From Bacteroidota bacterium (GTDB lineage Bacteria > Bacteroidota > Bacteroidia > Bacteroidales > DYOH01), in assembly GCA_020048155.1 (NCBI GenBank), contig JAIFMY010000025.1, positions 18,026 through 82,025 on the forward strand: a stretch of DNA of 64,000 nucleotides, read 5' to 3'. Under the pieces are notes generated by a model that was not told the origin of the DNA, searched no databases, and saw only the letters and a program-made list of their open reading frames with translations. Position numbers and translations under genes: made by a program. Shown in pieces: positions 9,556 to 19,114 of the stretch (its first letter is position 1; each line of letters starts with the position of its first letter).

Positions 9556-12500
9556 TTAAATATCTGCACTGCCAGGTATATTGCTATTTCCTTTTGATGG
9601 TTTATAAACTACCCCCATACCTTTCTTTCCATCTATTTGTACCAACAAAGGTTGGTCGAAACAAATATGCCTGATGAATTCATCTTCGTATCTGGCAGGT
9701 AGTTGGTTTAGAAAATCAATATCGTAGTGCCCATCCTTTATATAAGGGTTTATTGTAAAATATCCGACTCTAAACGAAGTTAAATTTTGAAAAAAATGAG
9801 TTCCCTGACTTGGATCTATTCTGTAATGTTCGAGCCCTGCTTCTACTATTAGGCGGGCTGCCGAAATTTGTGACCATTTTACAGGTATTCCCAACCAAGG
9901 GTCGCTTGAGCCCCATCTGCCTGGGCCAACGAGTATATAATTTTCCTTTCTTGCCAAAAATTCATCGTTCAGCGCTTCTATTTTTTGCCCAATGGCGCGG
10001 CTATGTGCAGCGTTGAACGACTCCGGTTTTATGTAAATAAAATCCTTGATGCCTTCTATTTGTCCATTGCCGAGCGAGGTCATAGAATATATTATGGTTT
10101 CAGATAATTCAATATCTTTTATTTCTACCGACTGATTTTCATTGTCTTCCACTATGGGACGTATTTGAAGGAAACTAAATTGAGCCAAATCATCTTTTCC
10201 AACTTCCAAATTTACTGCAAATTCAATTTCAACAGGATTATTCATCTCTTTGTGCCCCAACGAAAGCAAATCGGTAAGTATATCGGCCAGCGGAAAAATA
10301 TTGTGCGATAAAATATTAGTAAAAGTAACAACTTTTTTTCCGTCATAGTTTGTACCAGATCGCAGTATATTGTGATGATAATCGTATGTACTCGATACAA
10401 AATTCATAGAAGTGTGTTTCTCTGCCGCTTTTATTGGAAGTTTCACCAAGTTGGCGCTGTCATCGATGGAAGGGTGATACCCCTCAGCTGCCAAATCGAG
10501 TGCATAAAAATTTTTCTGGGTATCACGCAAAGCCATATCGGTGCTTGAAAGCTGCAGCACCTTTTTGGGGTATTTGGGCGAAAAACGCAATGAAACTCCA
10601 CCATCTACTATGGTTTTGCCCAACCCCAAGGCAATATTAGCTATTCCGTCTTCTGCTTTTTCGGGTTCTATGGGGTAAAAATTATTCGAACGGGCAACTC
10701 CTGAGAATGTTGGATAAAAATAGTTATCATGCCTCGATCCGGTAACTTCTTGCAAAATAATGGCCATCTTCTCTTCATCGATCAGGTTGTGAGTAGCCTC
10801 CATATACAATTTGCTCGATTTGTAAAAAACAGAGGAATATACATTCTTTATTGCCATTTTAATATTGTGTATAGATTGGTCTATACCATTGACGTTAATC
10901 TGCACCATGATTGTGGAATATATTCCGGCAAAAGGCTGGTAGTGACTATCTTCAAGTACACTCGATGAACGTATCGCTACCGGATTCTGAATATTTTCGA
11001 GGTATTTACGCAAATCCTCATCAATGAAGTCGGGCAAATCAGCGGCTTCAAAAGCACTGAGTATTTCTTCATCTGACTTATCCGATAGTGCAATGGCATA
11101 CAACTCATTTTGCTCCATGAATGCATCGAATACATCGGTACAAAGTACAACGGTACGAGGAATACTTATGAGAACACCTTTATATTTCGCACCAATTTTA
11201 TTTCGTTTGATAAAAGAATCAATGAAAGCCAGTCCTCGTGCTTTGCCACCTAACTGTCCCTGGCCAATGCGTGCAAACGAAAAATACTGATCATAGGTAC
11301 TTCGGTTGAATTTAGCAATCACACCGCTCCCCTCATTGGCACGGTAGCTTGTAATAAGGTCGTGTATATAATCTCGGGCCTGACCTACAGTTTTAAAATC
11401 GCCGATCGTAAGGTATTTCAATTTTTTTGCCAAGGAAAAGAACGCTCTCGCATTTAGCCATCTAGAAAAATCGTTGTGCGAAAAATGGTGTTTGAGCGAT
11501 TCTTCGGGGATAGAACGTATTTTCCGTTGCATTTCACTCAGGTCGGCTGCTCTGTCAAACACTCTTCCATCGGGGTATCGAAACACAAAATCGCCAAAAG
11601 CAAGGTTCGCGAACAAATAGTTGCGCAAATCTACCATCAGGCTTTTCGAATATTTATGTATAAACCCAACATTGAGCTCAGTGGTATACATACTGTTATT
11701 CTTGTCTGATGATTGAAGCAAGATGGGTACATGGTGGTCAGACGCTCGTATATGCTGTGTAAGCCTTATGCCCGCAAGTGGATCTTTCACATTCTTGCGT
11801 TTGTAAGATATGTCAGATATTACTCCCAACAGGTTCTCTTTGTAGGTTTCAAACAGATCTATGGCTTCTTCGTAGCTTGTGGCAAGCAAGAGCTTGGGCC
11901 TGCCTCGCATACGCATCATCTCACGATGCTCATTGAGCCCTTCGCTCATAAACTGTTTCGATTGTTTAAGAATAATTTTATATAATGTAGGCAAATAGCT
12001 CGAGTAGAACCTGATAGAATCTTCCACAAGTAAGATGGTTTGCACCCCAACTTCGTTCACATCGTGTTCCACGTTCATTTTATCTTCTATTAGCTTTATG
12101 ATGGCAAGCAACAAATCGGTATGCCCGAGCCACGAAAAAACATAATCAATGGCGCTAAGGTCTTCGTTTTGAAGCCGCAGACTTATTTCGCGCGAAAAAT
12201 GCGTAAGTATAACAATTGGTATATGTGGGAAATCTTCTTTTACATTTTTCGACATTTCAAAAACATCTGTCCCACTGCTCAGCATACTTATTATCAGATC
12301 AATTTTTTCATTTTTAAGTATGCGCATGGCTTTCGATATTTTATCGGCATGCACAAATACAGGCGGATGACGCAGATTGAGCTCTACATACTCCGTAAAA
12401 ATATGCTCATCAATGCGTCCGTCTTCTTCGAGCATAAAAAAATCGTAATTGCTGCACAGAATCAGTACCTTATATATGCGCTTCTGCATCAGCGACTGAA

Positions 12501-12558
12501 ACGGAGTATTGGTAAAATGAATATCTTTGGTGTTGATGAATCCTTCGGGTACAAACAT
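9556..12558 (-). CDS. receiver-fused PEP/pyruvate-binding (PPDK_N ATP-grasp) protein, function unknown
   Basis: 1000 aa. A degenerate REC comes first (IDLIISM, with Met where the phospho-Asp is expected). A second REC keeps acidic residues and the Asp (ILLVEDS, LLGVISDISY). The PPDK_N-like core follows (GGKARGLAF, VAIRSSSVLEDS), and the C-terminal region carries GPGRWGSSDPWLGIPV and PSQGTHFFQN. I see no GGxTSH swivel-His motif. Confidence 0.75.
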   Translation of the reverse strand: MFVPEGFINTKDIHFTNTPFQSLMQKRIYKVLILCSNYDFFMLEEDGRIDEHIFTEYVELNLRHPPVFVHADKISKAMRILKNEKIDLIISMLSSGTDVFEMSKNVKEDFPHIPIVILTHFSREISLRLQNEDLSAIDYVFSWLGHTDLLLAIIKLIEDKMNVEHDVNEVGVQTILLVEDSIRFYSSYLPTLYKIILKQSKQFMSEGLNEHREMMRMRGRPKLLLATSYEEAIDLFETYKENLLGVISDISYKRKNVKDPLAGIRLTQHIRASDHHVPILLQSSDKNNSMYTTELNVGFIHKYSKSLMVDLRNYLFANLAFGDFVFRYPDGRVFDRAADLSEMQRKIRSIPEESLKHHFSHNDFSRWLNARAFFSLAKKLKYLTIGDFKTVGQARDYIHDLITSYRANEGSGVIAKFNRSTYDQYFSFARIGQGQLGGKARGLAFIDSFIKRNKIGAKYKGVLISIPRTVVLCTDVFDAFMEQNELYAIALSDKSDEEILSAFEAADLPDFIDEDLRKYLENIQNPVAIRSSSVLEDSHYQPFAGIYSTIMVQINVNGIDQSIHNIKMAIKNVYSSVFYKSSKLYMEATHNLIDEEKMAIILQEVTGSRHDNYFYPTFSGVARSNNFYPIEPEKAEDGIANIALGLGKTIVDGGVSLRFSPKYPKKVLQLSSTDMALRDTQKNFYALDLAAEGYHPSIDDSANLVKLPIKAAEKHTSMNFVSSTYDYHHNILRSGTNYDGKKVVTFTNILSHNIFPLADILTDLLSLGHKEMNNPVEIEFAVNLEVGKDDLAQFSFLQIRPIVEDNENQSVEIKDIELSETIIYSMTSLGNGQIEGIKDFIYIKPESFNAAHSRAIGQKIEALNDEFLARKENYILVGPGRWGSSDPWLGIPVKWSQISAARLIVEAGLEHYRIDPSQGTHFFQNLTSFRVGYFTINPYIKDGHYDIDFLNQLPARYEDEFIRHICFDQPLLVQIDGKKGMGVVYKPSKGNSNIPGSADI

Positions 12559-12616
12559 ATGGGTGTTCTTAGATTTGAATATTGCTTACTTAAGGCGAAT
12601 TTACATTCTAAAACTT

Positions 12617-12624
12617 TATTTTTG
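12617..12624 (+). promoter_or_regulatory. candidate -7 box (TAnnTTTG)
   Basis: Exact match TATTTTTG, ending 3 nt before the track ATG at 12627. This argues for the downstream ATG at 12681 as the real start. Confidence 0.4.
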
Positions 12625-12680
12625 GCATGATATTGAAGTTTTTGTTTATTTTTTCAAATTTTTATTTCATACCACACAAC

Positions 12681-13445
12681 ATGCAACTGAATAGCGCTTC
12701 TTCTGCCAAAATAGTACAGAAAATCAGAAAGAAAGCAAATAAAACTATATATGAGTATGGACTTATTAAGCCAAATGATAAAATACTATTGGGTCTATCG
12801 GGCGGAAAAGATTCATTGACTATGCTTGATATTCTGGTGGCTTTGCGCAATAAATTGCCTTTTCAGTTTGAGGTAAAAGCGGTACATATTCAGTCCAAAG
12901 CCATACCTTATTCAAGCGATTTACAATTTCTCCAAAATTTTTGTGCTGAGCGCAATGTATATTTCGAAAGCAGAACAGTAGATTATAGCATCGAAACCGA
13001 CGACCGCAATAACCCATGTTACCTATGTGCAGTGCATAGGCGAAACGCGCTTTTTGGCATTTGTAGCGAATGGGGAATGAATAAAATTGCCTTGGGCCAC
13101 AACCTGACTGATAGCATAGGTACCATGCTTATGAATATGATGTTTCATGGAGAAACAAGTGCCATTCCTCCTAGTTTGACAATGTTTGGTGGTGAAGTAT
13201 TATTGATACGGCCGCTCATAAGCATTACAGAAGAAGAGGTAAAAAAATATATTTCTGCCCGTGGTTTTGAGATAAAGACCAAAAATTGTGAATTTGCAGA
13301 ATCAACCTCGCGCACTAAAGTAAATGCACTCATACAGCAAATGGAAAACATTTACCCTGATGCTCAGCAAAATATCAGGAAATCAATGTCTAACATTCTT
13401 TCTGAATATCTGATAGGCGCCCCACTCAATCAGAGTGCCCAGTAA
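12681..13445 (+). CDS. PP-loop ATPase, TtcA-like tRNA 2-thiocytidine synthetase family
   Basis: PP-loop LGLSGGKDS, CxxC (CYLCAVHRR) and the GHNLTD motif. The start was moved from 12627 on promoter geometry. Confidence 0.65.
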   Translation: MQLNSASSAKIVQKIRKKANKTIYEYGLIKPNDKILLGLSGGKDSLTMLDILVALRNKLPFQFEVKAVHIQSKAIPYSSDLQFLQNFCAERNVYFESRTVDYSIETDDRNNPCYLCAVHRRNALFGICSEWGMNKIALGHNLTDSIGTMLMNMMFHGETSAIPPSLTMFGGEVLLIRPLISITEEEVKKYISARGFEIKTKNCEFAESTSRTKVNALIQQMENIYPDAQQNIRKSMSNILSEYLIGAPLNQSAQ

Positions 13446-14500
13446 AACTCCAATGCTTCTTCAATATCCGTATGCAAACAAAATTTATTTACCTCTATAC
13501 TGCCAATTGTACCCAGCAAACTAAAATTTATTTCTTGGTTTACATTCTTTTTATCGTGGTACATGTATTCAATAAGTGCAGGTATGTCGGCCAACTGAAA
13601 GTCATATTTTCCGTAGTTCTCTTGTATATACCTGCCAAAATCCATCATGGCACCAATATCAAACTTTAGTTTTTTTGTAGAAAGGTAAGCCTCACAAACC
13701 ATACCATATGCTACAGCATAGCCATGTTGTATGTTTTTTCCTCTGGCAAGTGCCATACTTTCAAAAGCATGACCAACAGTATGACCAAAGTTTAGCGACT
13801 TGCGTATATTTTTTTCCTTTGGGTCGTTTTTTATAAAGTCGTTTTTTATAAAGATTGACTTGGAAATCATCTTTTCCAATTTACTTATATCAAACGCATT
13901 GGTGTCAAAAGTTTTTATTTTTGACCAATGTTCCTCACTCGAAATCAGCGCATGCTTTATCATCTCAGCAAAACCACTTTTCAGCATTTCTTGGGTGAGT
14001 GTTTGCAAAAAATTAGGATAAATAATCACAAAATCAGGAGAATGGAATAAACCAATCTCATTTTTATACCCTTTGAAATTAAAACCCATCTTGCCCCCTA
14101 TAGATGCATCTATTTGGGCCAATAGTGTTGTGGGTATATTGATGAACTCAATACCCCGCTTAAAGGTACTGGCGGCAAAACCACCCAAATCGCCGAGCAC
14201 ACCGCCCCCCAATATGAGCAGCAGAGAATGTCTGTCTGCACCGGTATCGGTTAGAACGGACCAAATCCGAACTACAGTTTCAATACTTTTGTGTTCTTCG
14301 CCTGCCTGAACTTCAATTATACTGGCATTTTTCAAATTTTCTATTTCAAGTAAAGCTGGTAAACAAAATTTTTTCGTATTTTCATCGACCAAAATATAAA
14401 TGCCTGAGATATAATTTTTAATGGAGAATATTTTATTAAACGCCTCATCAAGTTGATTTACAACCATTACTGTTGAGCCGAGTGAGGTAATTTGCATCAT
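13430..14500 (-). CDS. aroB: 3-dehydroquinate synthase
   Basis: LGGGVLGDLGGFAASTFKRGIEFINIPTTLLAQIDASIGGK and NFGHTVGHA. The start is set at ATG 14500 because a -7 box at 14525-14532 lies inside the longer track ORF. The 3' end overlaps the ttcA-like gene by 16 nt (convergent). Confidence 0.9.
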   Translation of the reverse strand: MMQITSLGSTVMVVNQLDEAFNKIFSIKNYISGIYILVDENTKKFCLPALLEIENLKNASIIEVQAGEEHKSIETVVRIWSVLTDTGADRHSLLLILGGGVLGDLGGFAASTFKRGIEFINIPTTLLAQIDASIGGKMGFNFKGYKNEIGLFHSPDFVIIYPNFLQTLTQEMLKSGFAEMIKHALISSEEHWSKIKTFDTNAFDISKLEKMISKSIFIKNDFIKNDPKEKNIRKSLNFGHTVGHAFESMALARGKNIQHGYAVAYGMVCEAYLSTKKLKFDIGAMMDFGRYIQENYGKYDFQLADIPALIEYMYHDKKNVNQEINFSLLGTIGSIEVNKFCLHTDIEEALEFYWAL

Positions 14501-14524
14501 AAGTTTGACTTGCCTAATTTGGTT

Positions 14525-14532
14525 CAAAAATA
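14525..14532 (-). promoter_or_regulatory. candidate -7 box for aroB
   Basis: CAAAAATA on plus equals TATTTTTG on minus, 25 nt upstream of the ATG at 14500. Confidence 0.45.
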
Positions 14533-14573
14533 AAGGAAATAATAACACGAATTGCATTCCCTCAGTTTGTTTT

Positions 14574-14581
14574 TAATTTTG
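14574..14581 (+). promoter_or_regulatory. candidate -7 box for proline dehydrogenase gene
   Basis: Exact match TAATTTTG. Its last G is the first base of the track GTG start at 14581, so the ATG at 14599 is the more likely start. Confidence 0.45.
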
Positions 14582-14598
14582 TGAAAAAAATAATCTAT

Positions 14599-15771
14599 AT
14601 GATCAATTTTGATAATACGGAAATAGCTTTCAAAAGCAAGAACAACAAAGCCTTAAACAAAGGCTATCTGATGTTTAAAGTACTAGCCAACAGCAGTATA
14701 GTAAAAATAAGCAGCAGAGCTGTACCGCTGGCCATCAAATTGAATTTGCCCATAAATTGGGCAGTAAAACCTACCATTTATAGTCATTTTGTTGGAGGGG
14801 AAACGCTCGAAAAATGTCTCCCGGTGGTAGAAATGCTAAAAAAATTCAATGTAAAAGCCATACTTGACTACTCTGTAGAAGGAAAAGACAGCGACGAAGA
14901 CATGAAAAAAGCATTGGACGAAACCTTGCATTCTGTGCGCAATGCTGCCACCCATGCCAATATTCCTTTTGCAGTTTTCAAACCCACCGCCTTTTGTACC
15001 CGCGATGTTCTCGAAAAAGCCAGTAAAAAACTGGCACTCACCCCAGATGAAACTAAAAAACTTCAATTCTTTCAGGATAGTGTCGGGCTTCTTTGCCAAA
15101 CTGCCGCAGAAATAGGTAAACCAATACTGATAGACGCAGAAGACTCTTATTACCAAGACTATATTGATGAAACCGTAACCCAAATGATGGAAAAGCATAA
15201 CCAAACCAGGGCTATAGTATTCAATACCCTACAAATGTACAGGCACGACAGATTAGAATTCCTGAAAAAATCTTATGAGAAAGCCATTGCCGGAAATTAC
15301 TTTCTAGGAGTAAAATTTGTAAGGGGAGCCTATATGGAAAAAGAAAGAGAACGAGCTCAACTCATGGGGTACACAGACCCTATACAACCCAATAAAGAAA
15401 GTACCGACCGCGACTTCAATGCTGCACTCAAGTTCTGCATTGACCACCTTGACCAAATTTTCATTTTCAACGGTACTCACAATGAGTATAGCTCTGCATA
15501 CCTAGCACAACTCATGCTTGAAAATAAAATTGAGAAAACAGATCCGCGTGTTTATTTTTCGCAACTTTATGGCATGAGCGATCACATTAGCTACAACTTG
15601 GCATCTCTTGGGTATAATATTGCAAAATATGTCCCTTATGGTCCGATGAAACATGTATTGCCCTACCTTATTCGCAGAGCTGAAGAAAATACTTCGGTAG
15701 CAGGACAAACTGGACGCGAACTAAATCTGATTTTGAAAGAAAAAGCCCGCAGAAAGTCTGCAGGAATCTGA
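14599..15771 (+). CDS. proline dehydrogenase family protein
   Basis: YGMSDHISYNLASLGYNIAKYVPYGPMKHVLPYLIRRAEENTSVAGQTGRE is the conserved PRODH C-terminal signature. There is no P5C dehydrogenase domain. Confidence 0.85.
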   Translation: MINFDNTEIAFKSKNNKALNKGYLMFKVLANSSIVKISSRAVPLAIKLNLPINWAVKPTIYSHFVGGETLEKCLPVVEMLKKFNVKAILDYSVEGKDSDEDMKKALDETLHSVRNAATHANIPFAVFKPTAFCTRDVLEKASKKLALTPDETKKLQFFQDSVGLLCQTAAEIGKPILIDAEDSYYQDYIDETVTQMMEKHNQTRAIVFNTLQMYRHDRLEFLKKSYEKAIAGNYFLGVKFVRGAYMEKERERAQLMGYTDPIQPNKESTDRDFNAALKFCIDHLDQIFIFNGTHNEYSSAYLAQLMLENKIEKTDPRVYFSQLYGMSDHISYNLASLGYNIAKYVPYGPMKHVLPYLIRRAEENTSVAGQTGRELNLILKEKARRKSAGI

Positions 15772-15814
15772 CTTATAATTATTTACAATTTTCATCACCT
15801 TTTAATTTTCGATT

Positions 15815-16273
15815 ATGGTTTTTGACAATAAACTAGAAGCAGCCAAGTTTAGGTTTTTCTTCAATATTATATTGGCCATTCAGGTCATGTTTATCGTATT
15901 GTATTTTATGACCATGGTGCCAGCAGAATTGATTTTGCTCCGTGTCGGATTCACCGGCCTAATTATTGGCTATTTAATATTGTTAGCCAAGAAACCTATG
16001 TATTTCTACCTCAGAGACGATGGTTCAAAAATCACGGTGCGCTTTTACTTTTTGCATCCGTTTTTTAAAAAACTCAAAGCCATAGAAATACCAAAAAATC
16101 AGTTTGTTCGTTATGAAATAGTTAGTTCCATGTTTGGCTTGCGTAAAGATTTGTATCTCTATGTCAAAAATGGCGCTTCCGAATACATGTATCCGCCAAT
16201 CAGTATTTCTATTAATGACAAGAAAATGATTGGAAACATCAGAAAACTGCTCTCTGCGTACATTCGAAAATAA
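15815..16273 (+). CDS. small membrane protein, two N-terminal TM helices plus ~90-aa beta-rich domain (bPH-like, guess)
   Basis: The hydrophobic stretches FFFNIILAIQVMFIVLYFMTMV and VGFTGLIIGYLILLA are followed by a soluble domain. This is the first gene of a same-strand cluster. Confidence 0.6.
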   Translation: MVFDNKLEAAKFRFFFNIILAIQVMFIVLYFMTMVPAELILLRVGFTGLIIGYLILLAKKPMYFYLRDDGSKITVRFYFLHPFFKKLKAIEIPKNQFVRYEIVSSMFGLRKDLYLYVKNGASEYMYPPISISINDKKMIGNIRKLLSAYIRK

Positions 16274-16300
16274 TATTAGCAATACCCTAATACCATCATC

Positions 16301-16993
16301 ATGTTTTTATTTAAAAGTATTATTTTACTCTTGCTTATGCTGCAAAATGCACCCACGCGTGTAAAATTAGACGCAGAAATAGCACAAGTGTACCGACAAC
16401 AAAAGATAGTCATGCAAGGAAGTATTTATTTCAATCCTGAAAACAATTTCCTCCTTACTCACTACAAAACACCAATAGAGTATTACTTTAAGTACGAACA
16501 AGATGGTGGTACGATGTATTACCCTACCCGCAATCAGGCAGCCAAAGCAAAGTCAGATGTAATAAATACAGAAAGTAGTCTTATTTATTATTTTCTGACC
16601 AACAATACGTCTGATATGGGGCTCAAGGCAGCCGGTTTTGAAATGGTAGAAACTAAAGTCGAAAACAATCAGACCATAACCAATTGGAAACCCGTCGGAA
16701 AAATTAACTCAAAACAAAAAATAGCAGGAGCTAAACTGGTGCACGAAAATTTTCTACCGATATATATAGAATTTACCGATGATAAAGGCAAACCTCTAAA
16801 AAAAACATATTACTATGAGTACCAAATGCTCGATTGGTTTGCAATGCCCCAAAAAGTAACAGAAATCATGTATCTTTCGGCCAAAGATTCAGTTGTAAGC
16901 AGACACGTTTTCAGCAATATAGAAACAGGAAATAACATTTATGAAGAATTTTTTAACTTCAAGATACCTGATAAGGTTAAGTGGGTGCAGTAA
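16301..16993 (+). CDS. hypothetical secreted protein (LolA-like carrier fold is only a guess)
   Basis: 230 aa with an N-terminal hydrophobic signal, MFLFKSIILLLLMLQ. I found no motif I can name. Confidence 0.6.
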   Translation: MFLFKSIILLLLMLQNAPTRVKLDAEIAQVYRQQKIVMQGSIYFNPENNFLLTHYKTPIEYYFKYEQDGGTMYYPTRNQAAKAKSDVINTESSLIYYFLTNNTSDMGLKAAGFEMVETKVENNQTITNWKPVGKINSKQKIAGAKLVHENFLPIYIEFTDDKGKPLKKTYYYEYQMLDWFAMPQKVTEIMYLSAKDSVVSRHVFSNIETGNNIYEEFFNFKIPDKVKWVQ

Positions 16994-17006
16994 AAAAACC
17001 GTTTTC

Positions 17007-17423
17007 ATGTTTGCCCTAACGGCCTTTTTTGCGAAAATTGGGATGGCGCAAATTTCAGGAGATGCTGAAAGATTTTTTCAGCCTAATAACTTGGAGCAGA
17101 GTCGAAACTCAGCCATTAAATTTGGTTTTGACGGCAAAAAACTATACAACCCATTCACATTGGCACTTGCGGGTCTGATGTATACCTACCAAAGCATCAT
17201 ATCGCCCCAGATATCGGCATCATGTATGTACAATCCAAGCTGTTCTGCATTTTCAAAACAACTTATTAGTCGCTATGGCCTCTTTCAAGGTTCTATACTT
17301 ACTGCAGATAGGCTAATGCGTTGCAATAAACTGGCTGCTTATGACTTACGTACCAGTCAAATCTCAAAATCACATCGAAAAGTTCATGAAACAGCCGATA
17401 TATATTGCCCCCATCATCACTAA
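17007..17423 (+). CDS. exported YidD-like (DUF37 / haemolytic domain) protein
   Basis: YQSIISPQISASCMYNPSCSAFSKQLISRYGLFQGSILTADRLMRCN matches the YidD Cys-rich core. It is preceded by a signal-like MFALTAFFAKIGMAQ. The track start at 16941 would overlap the previous gene by 53 nt. Confidence 0.65.
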   Translation: MFALTAFFAKIGMAQISGDAERFFQPNNLEQSRNSAIKFGFDGKKLYNPFTLALAGLMYTYQSIISPQISASCMYNPSCSAFSKQLISRYGLFQGSILTADRLMRCNKLAAYDLRTSQISKSHRKVHETADIYCPHHH

Positions 17424-18273
17424 TATTTATTACAAACTTGCAGTTATATTCTGTATCGGTTTCATATGCCTGCAAAAACAAAGCCTGGCTCAATACTCCA
17501 GTTTTGAGAAAGATTGGAAATTTGCCAAGTATCTCATCACATCAAATAACATCAAACAAGCAACGGCATACATCCCATCGTTGAGTCGATATTACATGTT
17601 ATCTTCTTCGCAAACCGATAGCATAATAAACCTTGAGCTACAACTAGGCATTCTCGCTCCGGAATTGGCACTACCACCAAGACAAAAAACTGAATATGTG
17701 AGCAATCTGATACTTCAGGGATATATTGAAATGCGTAACATGAATTATGCAAATGCTGACTCCACATTGCAATTTATACTGAAGTCCGGTACCCAAGCAA
17801 CCGAAACTGAAGTAATTTTGTATTACAACCAATTGCTTTGGAAAGGAGAAGAAAACTTGAAGCTACATGATAGTATTGTATTTAAAAACCCTGTAAACCA
17901 GATTTATACATCACTAAAACCCGTTGTCTTAGAAATACAAGAGTACCACTCAAGAAAACCGCTGGTAGCAGCTACACTCTCTTTGTTAATACCCGGTGCC
18001 GGAAAATTTTACATTCACAGAAAAGGAGAAGCCATGGCTGCTATACTTATGAATGCAATGTTAGGAACTGTTGTCTGGGAAAATTATCGCAAATCGGGCC
18101 CACAATCAGCATTGTTTATTGGCTCATCTGCAATTTTCAGTGTATTCTATTTAGGCAATATTTATGGCAGCTATTATGCTGTAAAAAGAGATAAGGATAT
18201 CAGATACAAAGAATGGAATGAAAAAATTAGTTTTGAACTTAATACTCTGCTTGAGCCTCACAAACTTCGCTAA
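17386..18273 (+). CDS. hypothetical membrane protein, helical-repeat ectodomain + C-terminal PGxG TM module
   Basis: Signal/anchor YKLAVIFCIGFICLQKQSLAQ, and a C-terminal LLIPGAGKFYIHRKGEAMAAILMNAMLG plus a second TM. It is a paralog of the next gene. The start is uncertain (17341 or 17386). Confidence 0.6.
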   Translation: MKQPIYIAPIITNIYYKLAVIFCIGFICLQKQSLAQYSSFEKDWKFAKYLITSNNIKQATAYIPSLSRYYMLSSSQTDSIINLELQLGILAPELALPPRQKTEYVSNLILQGYIEMRNMNYANADSTLQFILKSGTQATETEVILYYNQLLWKGEENLKLHDSIVFKNPVNQIYTSLKPVVLEIQEYHSRKPLVAATLSLLIPGAGKFYIHRKGEAMAAILMNAMLGTVVWENYRKSGPQSALFIGSSAIFSVFYLGNIYGSYYAVKRDKDIRYKEWNEKISFELNTLLEPHKLR

Positions 18274-19060
18274 TGCTCAATGGTATCACACCGCAGAAAG
18301 TCTTTTTTTATCTGCCAGGTATGATGAAGCTCTGATTTACTATCTGCGAGCCAATTATGAAGCAGAAAAATTATCCCCCAACGATGACTTAGCTTTACGT
18401 ATCATTCAATGCCACAATAGAACAGGTGACTACAACAAAGCCTATCAGATGGCATCGGCACAGCCTTACCGACAACTACCCGACTCTGTGCATCCCGCTT
18501 ACAGATTTGAAGCAGCATTGGCAGCTTATGAGCTTGGAAACTATAAAGATGCTAACTTTCAGTTTGTTCAACTCCGTTTTATACAACCCGATAGTGCACT
18601 TCACCCCATTGCACTTCAGCTTAAAATAATGACAGCTATACAATTGCAGGATACCAGTATTGCAATTGACCTTATACTCTTGCAAGCTGCTCGCTGCAAT
18701 TTTACCGATACAGAACGTGTTCACAATTTATTGGATGAAATAAAAGAGACTAAGTATCTGAACCCGAATACAGCAAACTGGTTGGCTGTTATATTGCCAG
18801 GCTCAGGTCTCATTTATGCAGGCAATATAAAAGAAGGACTAACATCAGCAGGCTTGCAGATTTCCTGCCTTGCGCTCACAGCATTCGCAGTGTACAATCA
18901 ACTCTATTTTACCGGGTACGCTTATGGGCTTACCGCCCTTCAACAGTTTTATTTTGGGGGCATAAGACGAACTGCAACCATTGTTCGTCAAGAAAATTAT
19001 AAACGTAAATCACTGCTTATAAATAATTTAATATTTTTTTCTTCAGAAATGAAATTTTAA
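18218..19060 (+). CDS. hypothetical membrane protein, TPR-like ectodomain + C-terminal PGxG TM module
   Basis: Signal MKKLVLNLILCLSLTNFANA-Q, TPR-like helices (ARYDEALIYYLRA, GDYNKAYQMA, GNYKDANFQF), and a C-terminal AVILPGSGLIYAGNIKEGLTSAGLQISCLALTAFAVY. Confidence 0.65.
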   Translation: MKKLVLNLILCLSLTNFANAQWYHTAESLFLSARYDEALIYYLRANYEAEKLSPNDDLALRIIQCHNRTGDYNKAYQMASAQPYRQLPDSVHPAYRFEAALAAYELGNYKDANFQFVQLRFIQPDSALHPIALQLKIMTAIQLQDTSIAIDLILLQAARCNFTDTERVHNLLDEIKETKYLNPNTANWLAVILPGSGLIYAGNIKEGLTSAGLQISCLALTAFAVYNQLYFTGYAYGLTALQQFYFGGIRRTATIVRQENYKRKSLLINNLIFFSSEMKF

Positions 19061-19071
19061 TTCAAATTTGA

Positions 19072-19114
19072 CGCAAGAAATTCGCAAGAAAGTTGCTAAT
19101 TTGCATTTGCTAAT
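19072..19114 (+). repeat. short direct and inverted repeat cluster (candidate operator) upstream of the HAMP-PP2C gene
   Basis: CGCAAGAAA occurs twice (19072-19080 and 19083-19091, 11-nt register). TTGCTAAT occurs twice (19093-19100 and 19107-19114). GCAA and TTGC half-sites face each other. Confidence 0.35.

Noticed and set aside
12121-12630. A 169-aa plus-strand ORF ending next to the ttcA-like gene.
   Set aside because: It lies antisense within the N-terminal receiver region of the REC-PPDK gene. The composition-driven translation is rich in F/Y/I/K with no motif.
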